Position numbers and translations under genes: made by a program
The notes under the pieces: model-generated
What the model was told of the DNA's origin: nothing
The model's database searches: none
Seen by the model: the letters and a program-made list of their open reading frames with translations, nothing else
Origin: Verrucomicrobiota bacterium
Lineage (GTDB): Bacteria > Verrucomicrobiota > Verrucomicrobiia > Opitutales > Seribacteraceae
DNA: 64,000 bases
Direction: 5' to 3'
Assembly (NCBI GenBank): GCA_027622665.1
Contig: JAQBYT010000012.1
Location: 36,080-100,079, forward strand
Shown here: positions 9,723 through 21,193 of the stretch, in pieces
Layout of the letters: each line of letters opens with the position of its first letter
How positions within the stretch are numbered: position 1 is the stretch's first letter

Positions 9723-10271
9723 AAAGTGATCATGGGCTACACCAGCCCGGACAAGGACTTGTGCGGAGCCCGGGCGGAAATGTTCATCAAGGCGTCGCGG
9801 GCCCCCGATGCCATGCCTACGCCCATCCAAGGCAACATTCCGGGCTTGGCTTGGCCCAACTGGTAATCGATGGTGACGTTCTGGGGCGAAGTGTTGGCGC
9901 CGGAAACCCGACACATGCCAAGACACCCCCCCGTGAGTGGAATGCCCGCCTCCCGTGCATCGGCCAGATAAGCCCTGTAAGATCGTAGTCTTTGACTTCA
10001 GCGATTCCAAGGGAGCCAGGCCCTTGGGCAACTTGTGTTCGGAGAGGTCGATGGACTCGAACTTGTCACGGTCCTCGTATTTCTGAAAAGGGATGCTCTC
10101 GGGGCAGGCTTGGACGGCATCGAAACCGTTGCTCTGGATGACGAATACGAAGCGCGGGGCGCTCGTTTTGCCCTCCGCGTTGGCCAACACGCGTTGGGCC
10201 ATAAGAGGGGGAAGCATGACCCCGGATCCTAAAGTTAAACCCTTAAGTATCTCACTGCGTGAAGCTAACAT
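9723..10271 (-). pseudogene. DUF1552 family protein, frameshifted and truncated
   Basis: Eroded Tat motif (SRSEILKG), PRFVFVIQSNG, LAPLE..K...ILQGLSG...GGHS. Frameshift in the C7 run 9926-9932, after which the alternative frame reads CLG...TIDYQLG...LPWMGVG. In-frame TAG at 9737-9739. Confidence 0.75.
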
Positions 10272-10419
10272 AATTAAATTCTCTAACGACCGACTAATAG
10301 AACACCGTCAAATGTTTGGGACAATCTTTAATTAAAAATCTAACATGAAGGTTTATCCCTTCTACGGCTTCTACCCTCAACTCATCGAATCCAAGTACAA
10401 TGAAAGTTAAAGGACGCGA

Positions 10420-11607
10420 TCAAGGCAGAGGCGTATTAGCCGGCACCGCGTTTTCGGGATACTTGCCCTTGAATACCATCATTTGTTTTTCCGACTCCAT
10501 TACCACGAAAGATTCATCGACGCTACCGTCGTCACCGGTGACACGGGACAGATCAAGTTTGAGGTGTTTCGCCAGAAAAGGATAGGCTGCCATGCGCTTG
10601 GACGTCCCGTAGTCGTGGCCCTCCTCCTTGAAATGGGCGTTTCCCAGGCGATCCGTAGCACCATAGAGTCCATAGACGTGGCGAACGAATGGATACTCGT
10701 TCTCCGGAGTCTTCTGCGTCCAGTCCTTGCCGTTGGAAACGATCAACTGCGGACGAGGGGCAGCCAAGGCGGCAATCTCGGCGTTATTGGTCTTGTGAGT
10801 ATTGCTCCAGTGGATAGGCATTCCACTCTCACAAACACAGCCGCCAAAGAAATGGGCTGACACTTGACAAACTGGCACGGATACGGAAACCCTCTCATCC
10901 AAGGCCGACAATATAAAGGTCTGCGTTCCTCCACCTGAACAGCCGGTCATCCCGATCCGTTTCGGGTCGACGTTGGGGAGGCTGATAAGGAAATCGAGGG
11001 CACGCATGCTATTCCAAGTCTGCAACCGAAGGATCTCGGGAGTCTTCCGATGGTTCCAACCCACCAGCTTGGAGTCCCCATATCCAATCATGTCGTAGAG
11101 AAATACGGCGGCGCCCATCCGAGCCAGTACCGCGCAACGAGCCTGACGGGACTCCTTAAAGCGACCGCCGTGTCCATGGGGGCAGAGGATGCCGGCAAGC
11201 CTGCCCTTGAAATCAGTAGGGCGATATAGGGTTCCGGTGACGTAATGTCCGGGCGAACTCTCAATCGCCACGTTTTCCGCCATGTAACCGGGCCGAATGC
11301 GTTTACTGACAAAACGTGGATTGAGAGGCGTACGCCTGGGAAGCTTTTCCAGTTTGGCTCCGGCCAAAATACCTGCCAGTACCCGCTCCCTGCGCTTCGT
11401 CCAACTCTTTAGGTCAGGAACGGAATTGCGAATGGCGTCCAGTTCCGCTCGAGCCTCCTCGGGTTTCTGGGCATAGCCGACTCGAAGACGCGGTTTCTCC
11501 GCCGCTTCAATAGCAATGGAAAACAAGAGAAGGACGACGGAAAGAATGGAGGTGCGGTGGATAGACATGGTTCTCATGATGTTTACGAATTCATTACTGG
11601 AAATCAT
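10420..11607 (-). CDS. Exported alpha/beta hydrolase, acetylxylan-esterase-like
   Basis: [27 protein letters not shown] nucleophile, GGCVCE, APRPQL, GHDYG. The true start may be one of the next Mets (11577 or 11568). Confidence 0.85.
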   Translation of the reverse strand: MISSNEFVNIMRTMSIHRTSILSVVLLLFSIAIEAAEKPRLRVGYAQKPEEARAELDAIRNSVPDLKSWTKRRERVLAGILAGAKLEKLPRRTPLNPRFVSKRIRPGYMAENVAIESSPGHYVTGTLYRPTDFKGRLAGILCPHGHGGRFKESRQARCAVLARMGAAVFLYDMIGYGDSKLVGWNHRKTPEILRLQTWNSMRALDFLISLPNVDPKRIGMTGCSGGGTQTFILSALDERVSVSVPVCQVSAHFFGGCVCESGMPIHWSNTHKTNNAEIAALAAPRPQLIVSNGKDWTQKTPENEYPFVRHVYGLYGATDRLGNAHFKEEGHDYGTSKRMAAYPFLAKHLKLDLSRVTGDDGSVDESFVVMESEKQMMVFKGKYPENAVPANTPLP

Positions 11608-11974
11608 AGACTATGATTTTGCTGACCAAGGGAACAAGTACATCCCTCTTGGCTTTCCGGTGGATCGGATGTTCCAAATATTCAGTCAAGCTTTTGGCAT
11701 CCGCCACGACGATTAGGATGCCGACGTCGAAACTGTCGTCGACAATTGAACGGTCGCTCGGAATTACTTGCCCTGCTCGAGCTTCCAAGACTCCGGGGAT
11801 ATTCCGGAAGGTTTTCGTGACCTCCACGATTCGCTCGCGGGCCTCAAGGTTACCTGAATCCTTTAGCCAGCAAAGAACAACATGGTGCAGAGCTTTATCT
11901 TTGAAAGATGAGTCTTTCTCAATGGAAACGCATCCGAATAGCAGTAAAGGAGTTAAAACTGATAAATATTTCAT
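11594..11974 (-). CDS. Dabb (stress-responsive A/B barrel) family lipoprotein
   Basis: [30 protein letters not shown]; lipobox LLFGC from ATG 11974. Confidence 0.85.
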   Translation of the reverse strand: MKYLSVLTPLLLFGCVSIEKDSSFKDKALHHVVLCWLKDSGNLEARERIVEVTKTFRNIPGVLEARAGQVIPSDRSIVDDSFDVGILIVVADAKSLTEYLEHPIHRKAKRDVLVPLVSKIIVYDFQ

Positions 11975-12375
11975 GGTGAGTAAGATGTTGGAATGAAGTT
12001 TGGACAAAAGACAAGAAGGCATTAGCGAAAGACAAAGCAGGCTAAGGTTTTCCCGTTTTCTTGAGCAAGGATTCTCGTAGTGAACGGAAATTCATCTCAA
12101 TGGAAGATAATTAGAAGGCAGGCGCTAAGTTTCACATTGAATGGCGATTTGCACCGACCTCCTCACCAACCCCTTTATTCTTGCGATTAAGATGGTTGGC
12201 GACTATACAAAAAGCATTAAATTTTCTGCTGAGCAATCAGCGCAAGTAGTAAAATCCGCAAGTGCATCTCATTTCGATTCTCTCCTCATGGACCCAAAAA
12301 AATCGGATGAACCATCCCAGTGAAAAGTCTTCAAGTTTTATCATTTATCAAAGGTTTTCCGATTTCTAACTGATC

Positions 12376-15030
12376 ATGCAAGAAGAACTAGATACATTGG
12401 AGACACAGGAGTGGATCGACTCGGTCGCATCCGTCATTCGCGAGGATGGTGTTGAGCGGGCGAAATTTTTGCTGGATAAGGTTTTTGAGAAGGCGTGCCT
12501 TTCCGGAGTTGATATGCCGTCTGGTATTACAACGAATTACATAAACAGTATCCCGACTTCCGAAGAACCCGAATACCCCGGAGATACTGACATCGAACGC
12601 CGCATCCGCGCAGTCGTAAGGTGGAATGCGGTAATGATGGTTCTTCGAGCATCGGAAAAGAATCTGGAACTTGGGGGACACATAGCATCTTACCAATCGT
12701 CTTCGGCCTTCTACGAAGTTTGCTTCAACCACTTTTTTCGCGCGCCAAGCAATGGCGATTCAGGAGATTTGATTTACTACCAAGGTCACATATCCCCGGG
12801 CATTTATTCTAGAGCATTTGTGGAGGGGCGCTTAACCGAGTCCCAGCTTGACCATTTCCGTCAAGAAGTCGATGGCGGGGGTCTTTCATCCTATCCCCAC
12901 CCCAAGTTGATGCCTGATTTTTGGCAGTTCCCAACGGTATCAATGGGCTTGGCTCCGATTGCCTCGATCTATCAAGCTCGCTTTATACGTTACTTGAACA
13001 ACAGAGGCCTCAAAGACACTTCACGCCAGCGTGTATACTGTTTTGTCGGCGATGGGGAGATGGACGAACCAGAGTCCAAAGGAGGTCTAGCCTTCGCAGC
13101 CCGCGAAAAGTTGGATAATCTTTGTTTTCTAATCAATTGCAACCTGCAGCGCTTGGATGGTCCCGTGATGGGCAACGGTAAGATAATCCAAGAATTGGAG
13201 GGTCTCTATCGAGGGGCCGGCTGGCATGTGATCAAGGTAATTTGGGGAAGTAACTGGGATAAGCTTTTGGCTGAGGACAGTTCGGGGAAATTACTTCAAT
13301 TGATGAACGAAACTCTGGATGGCGATTACCAGACTTTAAAGTCAAAGAATGGCGCCTATGTTAGAGAGCACTTCTTCGGAAAGTATCCCGAGACAGCTGC
13401 TCTCGTAGCAGACATGAGCGACGACGAAATCTTTTCACTGCGCCGAGGTGGACACGAGGTTTCCAAAATCTACGCGGCTTTCAAGCAGGCTCAGGAAATT
13501 AAAGATCGTCCAACTGTGATACTAGCCAAAACGGTAAAAGGTCATTACATGGGTGGTGCCGCCGAAGGCAAAAACGTCGCCCACCAAGTAAAAAAGATGG
13601 ACCAGACCTCACTCGCTTACTTGCGAGATCGCTTGAGACTGGAGGACTTGGTTTCCGATGACGACTTGCCGAATTTGCCGTATCTTCAACTGGAAGAAGG
13701 TTCTCCCGAACACAAGTATCTGCATTCTCGCAGGAAAGAGCTTGGCGGATACGTACCGAGCAGAATCACCCGTTTTTCGGGGGAATTGCAAATGCCGGCT
13801 CTTGAGGCATTTGAATCCCTCCTCTGCGAGCAAAAAAGAGAGATCTCGACCACATTGGCCTTCGTACGGGCTCTCAACATTCTGTTGAAAAATGATGCTA
13901 TCGGCGATCGGGTCGTACCCATAGTCGCGGACGAAGCCAGAACCTTCGGAATGGAAGGTCTATTCCGTCAAATCGGCATCTACAATCCACATGGACAAAA
14001 CTACGTCCCTCAGGATCGTGACGCCGTATCTTACTACAAGGAAGACCGCACGGGGCAGGTGCTACAGGAAGGCATCAACGAAATGGGCGCTATGTCTTCG
14101 TGGGTCGCCGCGGCAACTAGCTACAGCACAAACGATCTGCCCATGGTACCCTTTTTCATATATTATTCCATGTTCGGCTTTCAGCGGGTAGGAGACATGG
14201 CTTGGTTGGCAGGAGACCAGCAGGCTCGAGGTTTTCTCTTAGGAGCTACTGCGGGGCGAACGACCCTAAATGGAGAAGGGCTCCAGCACGAGGACGGTCA
14301 CAGTCATGTTTTGGCTTCCACCGTGCCCAATTGCATAGCCTATGATCCCACCTTCTCGTACGAATTGGCCGTCATTCTTCAAGATGGCCTGAGACGCATG
14401 TACGGGCCTGACCAAGAGAATGTTTATTACTATCTGACCCTGATGAACGAAACTTATCATCAGCCGGCCATGCCCGATGGCGTAGAGGAAGGAATTCGCA
14501 GGGGAATATACAAATTACTTAGCCACGATGGTGAAAAGTCAAAGGTTCAACTCCTGGGTTCGGGGACAATTCTAAACGAGGTAATCAAGGCCGCCGAAAT
14601 CTTGAGCGAGGAATACCAAATTGCATCGGATGTTTTCAGCGTAACCTCTTTCAACGAACTCGCTCGAGACGGACAGGACGTCGCCAGATACAATATGCTG
14701 CATCCCGAGTCCGAACCCCGTTCCGCATATGTCACCGATGTCATGGGAGAAGAACCTGCCATCGCATCGACTGATTACATCAAGAATCACGCTGAACAGA
14801 TCAGACCCTACCTTCCCGGTTCCTCATACAAGGTTCTGGGGACGGATGGCTTCGGTCGTTCCGACAGTCGCTCTAACTTACGTCGTCACTTTGAGGTTAA
14901 CGCTACATACGTTGTAGTTGCCGCCCTGCACGAGTTGTCTAAGCGAGGCGATGTGGAAAAGAGTCTCGTCTCTGAAGCCATCGATAAATTTGGTATCGAC
15001 GTCGACATCACCAATCCTCTCTTCGCTTAG
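12376..15030 (+). CDS. aceE: Pyruvate dehydrogenase E1, homodimeric type
   Basis: ETQEW, GGHIAS, YQGHISPG, QFPTVSMGL, GDGEMDEPES TPP motif, NCNLQRLDGP, TTLNGEGLQH, LGTDGFGRSD. Confidence 0.98.
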   Translation: MQEELDTLETQEWIDSVASVIREDGVERAKFLLDKVFEKACLSGVDMPSGITTNYINSIPTSEEPEYPGDTDIERRIRAVVRWNAVMMVLRASEKNLELGGHIASYQSSSAFYEVCFNHFFRAPSNGDSGDLIYYQGHISPGIYSRAFVEGRLTESQLDHFRQEVDGGGLSSYPHPKLMPDFWQFPTVSMGLAPIASIYQARFIRYLNNRGLKDTSRQRVYCFVGDGEMDEPESKGGLAFAAREKLDNLCFLINCNLQRLDGPVMGNGKIIQELEGLYRGAGWHVIKVIWGSNWDKLLAEDSSGKLLQLMNETLDGDYQTLKSKNGAYVREHFFGKYPETAALVADMSDDEIFSLRRGGHEVSKIYAAFKQAQEIKDRPTVILAKTVKGHYMGGAAEGKNVAHQVKKMDQTSLAYLRDRLRLEDLVSDDDLPNLPYLQLEEGSPEHKYLHSRRKELGGYVPSRITRFSGELQMPALEAFESLLCEQKREISTTLAFVRALNILLKNDAIGDRVVPIVADEARTFGMEGLFRQIGIYNPHGQNYVPQDRDAVSYYKEDRTGQVLQEGINEMGAMSSWVAAATSYSTNDLPMVPFFIYYSMFGFQRVGDMAWLAGDQQARGFLLGATAGRTTLNGEGLQHEDGHSHVLASTVPNCIAYDPTFSYELAVILQDGLRRMYGPDQENVYYYLTLMNETYHQPAMPDGVEEGIRRGIYKLLSHDGEKSKVQLLGSGTILNEVIKAAEILSEEYQIASDVFSVTSFNELARDGQDVARYNMLHPESEPRSAYVTDVMGEEPAIASTDYIKNHAEQIRPYLPGSSYKVLGTDGFGRSDSRSNLRRHFEVNATYVVVAALHELSKRGDVEKSLVSEAIDKFGIDVDITNPLFA

Positions 15031-15042
15031 AGAGAATAAGCC

Positions 15043-16605
15043 ATGAGCAGCGAAATTCATTTGCCCGACATCGGAGCCGATCAAGCCGAGGTTACCGAGA
15101 TTTTAGTAAAGGTCGGAGACGTAGTCGAATTGGAGACTCCGTTGATTGCAATTGAGGGGGACAAGGCTGCAATGGAGGTGCCGTCTCCACTGGCGGGGAC
15201 TGTTGAAGAAATTAGGATTTCCGTAGGGGACGAAGTGTCCACGGGAGCACTGATCCTTCTTTTAGACTCTGTGGAATCCGAAACTCCTCAAACTGAAGTT
15301 AAAGAATCACCGACCGATGCTTCAAGCGTGGCACCCTCACCCGAAGATAAGGAAGTGCATCTTCCTGACATCGGAGCGGATGAAGTGGAAGTAACTCAGG
15401 TTATCGTGGCCGTTGGCGATTCAGTTGAAGCCGATGCCTCATTGATTGCGGTTGAGGGGGACAAGGCTGCAATGGAAGTACCTTCTCCTTTCGCGGGAGT
15501 CGTGAAGGAAATTAAAGTGGCCACCGGAGACATGCTGTCCACAGGTGCATTGATCATGATTTTCGAGGTCACTTCATCGGTGGCCGAACCCAAGCCCGCG
15601 CCACCTTCCGGTTCCTCCCAATCAAAGCCTCAACCGGTCGCATCCAGTCCTGTAAAGAAAAGCACAGCCATACCATCAGAGACATTTGTTGAAAACCGGG
15701 AATATGCTCACGCATCTCCAGTTGTTAGGCGGCTGGCAAGAGAGTTCGGGGTCAACTTGGCTAAAGTCAAGGGCACGGGTCGGAAAAATCGCATACTCAA
15801 GGAAGATGTTCAGGAATACGTCAAGGAAGCTCTCCGTCGTCTTGATTCCGGAGGGGGAGGATTGGATTTGCTTCCATGGCCTGAAGTGGATTTTGCCAAG
15901 TTCGGGGAAGTGGAGAAGAAGCCCCTTACGAGAATCCAAAAACTTACCGGAGCCAACCTGCACCGTAATTGGGTTCGGATTCCTCACGTCACTCAATGGG
16001 ATGAGGTGGACGTAACCGAGTTGGAAAGCCTACGGAAGAAACGGAACGTAGAAGAGGCCAAAAAGGAAACCGGTGTAAAATACACGATTCTTGTTTTTGT
16101 CATGCAAGCCGTCGCCAAGGCTCTGCAGAATCTACCTCCGATGAATTCCTCTTTATCCTTGGATGGCAAAAGTTTGATTCTCAAGAAATACGTCGACATT
16201 GGCATTGCCGTGGATACGCCCAACGGACTTGTTGTCCCTGTAGTACGGGGAGTAGACAGGAAGTCTGCCGAGGAGCTAACCCATGACCTGTTTTCTCTTT
16301 CAGCCAAGGCTCGGGACGGGAAGCTTACCAAGGAAGAGATGATGGGGTCGAGCTTCACTATTTCCAGCCTCGGTGGTCTCGGAGGTACTGCATTTACTCC
16401 CATAGTGAATGCCCCCAACGTAGGAATTCTCGGACTGTCCCGATCTGCGCAGAAACCAGTTTGGAATGGTAAATCCTTCGACCCTCGACTCATGTTGCCT
16501 CTGTCTCTTTCTTATGATCATCGAGTAATCGATGGAGCCGATGGCGTCCGCTTTCTGAATTTCCTCAAGGAAGCGTTAAGCGAAGTTGCCGACAACGGGG
16601 CTTGA
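15043..16605 (+). CDS. aceF: Dihydrolipoyllysine-residue acetyltransferase E2 with two lipoyl domains
   Basis: Two [12 protein letters not shown] lipoyl motifs, [13 protein letters not shown]3-binding domain, catalytic [12 protein letters not shown]. Confidence 0.97.
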   Translation: MSSEIHLPDIGADQAEVTEILVKVGDVVELETPLIAIEGDKAAMEVPSPLAGTVEEIRISVGDEVSTGALILLLDSVESETPQTEVKESPTDASSVAPSPEDKEVHLPDIGADEVEVTQVIVAVGDSVEADASLIAVEGDKAAMEVPSPFAGVVKEIKVATGDMLSTGALIMIFEVTSSVAEPKPAPPSGSSQSKPQPVASSPVKKSTAIPSETFVENREYAHASPVVRRLAREFGVNLAKVKGTGRKNRILKEDVQEYVKEALRRLDSGGGGLDLLPWPEVDFAKFGEVEKKPLTRIQKLTGANLHRNWVRIPHVTQWDEVDVTELESLRKKRNVEEAKKETGVKYTILVFVMQAVAKALQNLPPMNSSLSLDGKSLILKKYVDIGIAVDTPNGLVVPVVRGVDRKSAEELTHDLFSLSAKARDGKLTKEEMMGSSFTISSLGGLGGTAFTPIVNAPNVGILGLSRSAQKPVWNGKSFDPRLMLPLSLSYDHRVIDGADGVRFLNFLKEALSEVADNGA

Positions 16606-16615
16606 GTCTGCACCC

Positions 16616-18040
16616 ATGAGTAAGGAAATCAAGACACAGGTTGCCATTCTAGGGTCGGGGCCGGCTGGTTACGCCGCCGCCTTCCGCTGCGCTGACCTTG
16701 GATTTGACACGATAATTATTGAACGTCACTCCACGCTTGGCGGAGTTTGCCTCAACGTCGGGTGCATCCCTTCCAAAGCTCTCTTGCACCTTGCCAAGGT
16801 GATCAAGGATGCGAAATCCATGGAAGAGCATGGCGTCAGCTTCGGAGAGCCCGTAATTGACATCACTAAGGTGCGGCAGTGGAAGGAACAAGTAATTGGA
16901 AAACTTACGGATGGTCTCGGAGGCATGGCCAAAATGAGGAAATGCCAAGTCCTTAACGGACAAGGTAAATTCACCGGGCCTAATCATATCCAAGTGGAAA
17001 GCGGTGACGAAACGACATCCGTGAATTTCGAGCATGCTATTTTGGCCGTGGGTTCTCGTCCCATTGAACTGCCATTTATTCCGCATGAAGATCCTCGAAT
17101 CTGGGATTCTACCGATGCCTTGGAACTGAAGGAGATTCCGAATCGACTTCTTCTCATGGGCGGAGGAGTGATTGGACTCGAAATGGGGATGGTCTATCAT
17201 GCCCTTGGCTCCAAGCTGGATGTCGTCGAAATGTTCGACCAGTTAATGCCCGCCGCCGACAAGGATGTCGCAAAAACTTTTACCGGAACAATTGCAGACG
17301 ACTATAACATAATGCTCGAAACCAAGGTGACTGCAGTCGATGCGACACCCGAATGCATCTCGGTCACCATGGAGTCGAAGGACGGCAGCAAGGAAATCCG
17401 CGATTACGATGCCGTTCTAGTGGCCATCGGTCGAACGCCAAACGGGCTATTGATCGATGCCGACAAAGCAGGTGTAGAGGTCGATGAGAAAGGCTTTCTA
17501 AAGGTAGACAAACAAATGCGGACAAACGTGCCGCACATATACGCCGTTGGCGATGTGGTGGGGCAGCCTATGCTCGCGCACAAGGGAGCCCACGAAGGTC
17601 ACGTCGCGGCCGAAGTAATCGCCGGAAAAAAACATTTTTTCGATCCCAAGGTTATCCCCTCCATAGCCTACACCGATCCCGAAGTCGCATGGGTCGGCAA
17701 AACGGAACGAGAAGCAAAAGCCGAGGGCATAGGGTACGGAAAAGCCATCTTCCCATGGGCTGCATCCGGACGCGCCTTGGCATCGGACTGCGCCGAAGGT
17801 ATGACGAAACTCATTTTTGAAAAAGAATCCAACCGCATAATAGGAGGCGCGGTAGTAGGAACGAATGCAGGCGAAGTTCTAGGGGAAATCGGATTGGCCA
17901 TTGAAATGGGATGCGATGCCGAGGATCTAGCTCTAACCATTCATGCCCACCCTACCCTACACGAATCGGTCGGACTCGCCGCAGAAATGTTCGAAGGCAC
18001 GATAACCGACCTTCCTAATCCGAAAGCAACGAAGAAATAA
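16616..18040 (+). CDS. lpdA: Dihydrolipoyl dehydrogenase E3
   Basis: GSGPAG, GGVCLNVGCIPSK redox disulfide, IHAHPTLHE; start taken at MSKEIK (16616). Confidence 0.98.
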   Translation: MSKEIKTQVAILGSGPAGYAAAFRCADLGFDTIIIERHSTLGGVCLNVGCIPSKALLHLAKVIKDAKSMEEHGVSFGEPVIDITKVRQWKEQVIGKLTDGLGGMAKMRKCQVLNGQGKFTGPNHIQVESGDETTSVNFEHAILAVGSRPIELPFIPHEDPRIWDSTDALELKEIPNRLLLMGGGVIGLEMGMVYHALGSKLDVVEMFDQLMPAADKDVAKTFTGTIADDYNIMLETKVTAVDATPECISVTMESKDGSKEIRDYDAVLVAIGRTPNGLLIDADKAGVEVDEKGFLKVDKQMRTNVPHIYAVGDVVGQPMLAHKGAHEGHVAAEVIAGKKHFFDPKVIPSIAYTDPEVAWVGKTEREAKAEGIGYGKAIFPWAASGRALASDCAEGMTKLIFEKESNRIIGGAVVGTNAGEVLGEIGLAIEMGCDAEDLALTIHAHPTLHESVGLAAEMFEGTITDLPNPKATKK

Positions 18041-18131
18041 GCTTTTTCCTGTCTAAGGCTTCTAAGCAACGGTATATCGTCTGTATTCTAATTAAGGGAT
18101 TTAAACCTTAAACAAAACCCGAAATTCGACC

Positions 18132-19529
18132 CTATAAGGCGGAATAGACGGCGGACAAGGTATCCTTGGCATCCCCGAAGAGCATATCGGTATTGTCCTT
18201 GAAGTAGAGTGGGTTTTCCACTCCGGAATATCCGGCAGCCATGCTACGCTTCAAAGCCACGACGTGCTTTGCCTTCCAAGCTTCGATGACCGGCATACCG
18301 GCAATCGGGCTACTCGAATCTTCCAAGGCGGACGGATTTACTATGTCGTTCGCGCCGACTACCAAAAGAACATCCACCTCTGGTAAATCGTCATTGATTT
18401 CATCCATCTCCAGCACGATGTCGTAGGGTACGTTGGCCTCGGCCAAGAGTACGTTCATGTGCCCGGGAAGACGTCCGGCCACGGGGTGAATAGCAAATCG
18501 CACGTTCACGTCCTGAGAACGAAGGGTCTCCGCAATATCCCTCACCACGTGTTGCGCCTGGGCCACAGCCATTCCATAACCGGGAACAATGACGACCTCT
18601 TTAGCTTCCTTGAGAGCGGCGGCCACTTCGGCGGCGGATGTTTCCGTAACCGTTCCCTGATGACCTTCGCCGCCACTTGAGGATTTCCCTGCATTCGCTC
18701 CGAACCCACCGAAAATAACGTTGGCCAAGCTTCTGTTCATGGCCTTGCACATGATGTAACTGAGAATGGCTCCACTGCTGCCGACGAGAGCGCCGGTAAT
18801 GATAAGCAAATCATTCTGCAACATAAACCCCGCCGCTACCGCGGCCCAACCGGAATAGCTGTTGAGCATCGATACGACGACGGGCATGTCCGCTCCGCCA
18901 ATGGCCATGATGAGGTGGATTCCCAAAACGAGAGAAATTGCAGTGACCACGAGCAAGGCGTGCAGCGCCGGATCCCCCGAACCATTCATAAAGGCTGAAC
19001 CATACCAAACGCATGCCACCAACATACCCACATTGAGAAGGTGACGAGCGGGCAAAAGAAGGGGCTTGCCTGAGATGGATCCTCGAAGTTTACCGAAAGC
19101 GATCACTGAACCGCTAAAAGTTATACTTCCGATAAACACACCTAAAACGACCTCGATTTCGTGAATGAGCTTTGCCGTACCTTCGTGGTCCTGATGCTCA
19201 AGGTAACTGGCGATTCCAACCAGTACGGCGGCCATTCCTACGAAACTGTGAAGGATGGCCACCAACTCGGGCATGGCCGTCATCTCGACTCGCTTCGCCA
19301 AAACGGCTCCGATCAGGCCTCCGACCAACATTAGGGGTATGAGCAACTCGAAGTTCGGGGCTGTGCTTCCTAAAAGTGTGGCGAGCGTCGCGAGGATCGC
19401 TAGAAGCATCCCGAGAATGCCATACAGGTTTCCACGTCGCGCAGTCTCCTGCTTGGAGAGCCCCCCGAGACTGAGGATGAACAATAACCCCGAAACGAGA
19501 TAAGCCGAAGTAACGAGACCGCTACTCAT
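18132..19529 (-). CDS. pntB: NAD(P) transhydrogenase subunit beta
   Basis: [59 protein letters not shown]. Confidence 0.98.
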   Translation of the reverse strand: MSSGLVTSAYLVSGLLFILSLGGLSKQETARRGNLYGILGMLLAILATLATLLGSTAPNFELLIPLMLVGGLIGAVLAKRVEMTAMPELVAILHSFVGMAAVLVGIASYLEHQDHEGTAKLIHEIEVVLGVFIGSITFSGSVIAFGKLRGSISGKPLLLPARHLLNVGMLVACVWYGSAFMNGSGDPALHALLVVTAISLVLGIHLIMAIGGADMPVVVSMLNSYSGWAAVAAGFMLQNDLLIITGALVGSSGAILSYIMCKAMNRSLANVIFGGFGANAGKSSSGGEGHQGTVTETSAAEVAAALKEAKEVVIVPGYGMAVAQAQHVVRDIAETLRSQDVNVRFAIHPVAGRLPGHMNVLLAEANVPYDIVLEMDEINDDLPEVDVLLVVGANDIVNPSALEDSSSPIAGMPVIEAWKAKHVVALKRSMAAGYSGVENPLYFKDNTDMLFGDAKDTLSAVYSAL

Positions 19530-21073
19530 TTGCGAAACATCTTCAACATGCGTTGAGTAACAAGAAAGCCACCGGCAATATTAATGGTGGCAAACAAAAT
19601 GGCTACCCCCGACAACCAAGGAAGCCAAGGATGATGAGACCCCGAGACGAACAGCATACCACCGATCACGATAATGCCACTGATGGCGTTCGTTACACTC
19701 ATCAAGGGAGTGTGAAGGGCGGGAGTAACGTTCCAAATCACCATGTAACCGATAAAACAGGAGAGTACGAAAACAGTGATTTGATGAAGAAATACCCCCT
19801 CGGTAGGACTGATCCATCCAAGGCCAAGTAAAGCCAGACAAACGAGTCCAAGCAAAACACCCGGACTAAAGAGAGACGATTTCGATTTAGCGTCGGAAGA
19901 TTGAGGCTCCACTGCTTCGTTTCTCGTTTCGACTATTGGAGCAGGCGAAGGTTCTGCTGGCTTGGGTGGCGGCCAAGTCACCTCGCCCCCCTTCGTTACG
20001 GTCGCGCCGCGAAGGATTTCGTCTTCGAAATCGATGGTGAAATTTTCAGGTCCACCAAGCAGTTGAAGAAGTTTTGTCAAATTATTGCCGTAGAGACGGC
20101 TTGACTGCGTAGGCAAACGAGAGGGTAAGTCGGAGTAACCGAGAATAGTGACCCCGTGAACTCGGTTGGCTTTGCCGGACACCGTCAGTTCGCAGTTGCC
20201 GCCACCATCGGCTGCAAGATCCACGATCACGGATCCCTCCTTCATGCTCTTCACCATTTCCTCCGTGATCAGAATGGGCGCTTTCTTGCCGGGAATCATC
20301 GCCGTTGTCACGATTATGTCGACCTCTGCCGCTTGCTCGGCGAAAAGTTTCATCTCGGCCTCGATGAACTCCTTGCTCATCACCTTGGCATAACCGCCAG
20401 AACCTGAACCATCTTCCTCGAAATCCAGTTCCAAAAACTCTGCTCCAAGGCTCTTGACCTCTTCTTTAACGGCGGGGCGGGTATCAAAAGCCCTTACGAT
20501 GGCCCCCATGTTTCGGGCTGTGCCGATAGCCGAGAGTCCCGCCACCCCAGCTCCGATCACGAGAACCTTTGCAGGGGGCACCTTGCCCGCCGCCGTAATC
20601 TGACCCGTGAAGAAACGGCCGAACTCATGAGCCGCCTCCACCATTGCGCGATAGCCCGCCACGTTCGCCATCGAGCTGAGGGCATCCATCGACTGGGCTC
20701 GAGAAATCCGTGGCACACAGTCCATGGCGATCGCGTTGACCTTCCTTTCGGCCAAGCTCTTTACTAATTCCTCGTTCTGGGCCGGCTGGATAAAACAGAT
20801 GAGGGTCGCTCCCTCTTTCAAAAGCGAAACCTCCTCTTCGGAAGGAGGTCTAATCTTCAGGACGAGATCGGCCTTCGCCCAAACCTCTGTCGCTTCGAGC
20901 AAAACACTAGCTCCCGCCTCCTCGTAGGAAACATCGGGCAAACGAGCCTCAGCCCCCGCGCTCGCCTCCACCACTACCTCGTAACCAAGCTTGCGGAATT
21001 GCTCCACATTTTCGGGAGCAACCGCCACACGACGCTCGCCAAGAAAAGTCTCTTTAGGAATTCCTATGATCAT
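19526..21073 (-). CDS. pntA: NAD(P) transhydrogenase subunit alpha (unsplit)
   Basis: [54 protein letters not shown]; 4-bp overlap with pntB. Confidence 0.98.
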   Translation of the reverse strand: MIIGIPKETFLGERRVAVAPENVEQFRKLGYEVVVEASAGAEARLPDVSYEEAGASVLLEATEVWAKADLVLKIRPPSEEEVSLLKEGATLICFIQPAQNEELVKSLAERKVNAIAMDCVPRISRAQSMDALSSMANVAGYRAMVEAAHEFGRFFTGQITAAGKVPPAKVLVIGAGVAGLSAIGTARNMGAIVRAFDTRPAVKEEVKSLGAEFLELDFEEDGSGSGGYAKVMSKEFIEAEMKLFAEQAAEVDIIVTTAMIPGKKAPILITEEMVKSMKEGSVIVDLAADGGGNCELTVSGKANRVHGVTILGYSDLPSRLPTQSSRLYGNNLTKLLQLLGGPENFTIDFEDEILRGATVTKGGEVTWPPPKPAEPSPAPIVETRNEAVEPQSSDAKSKSSLFSPGVLLGLVCLALLGLGWISPTEGVFLHQITVFVLSCFIGYMVIWNVTPALHTPLMSVTNAISGIIVIGGMLFVSGSHHPWLPWLSGVAILFATINIAGGFLVTQRMLKMFRK

Positions 21074-21193
21074 TCAGAAAAAAGAAGTCCATCCAAGTGG
21101 CTCAAATCGGGGTTCCTGTAAAGGAAAAGTTATTGCAATTAAAAATGCTCCAGCAATTCATGAATTTTAGATTCTGACCAAACCACTGACGCA

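Noticed and set aside
12030..12375. PdhR operator or leader peptide upstream of aceE
   Set aside because: No AATTGGT-n3-ACCAATT-like palindrome seen; the short ORFs have no support.
15043..15560. Near-identical DNA repeats (ttgagggggacaaggctgcaatgga) about 300 bp apart
   Set aside because: Explained by the two tandem lipoyl domains of AceF; not a mobile element or CRISPR.
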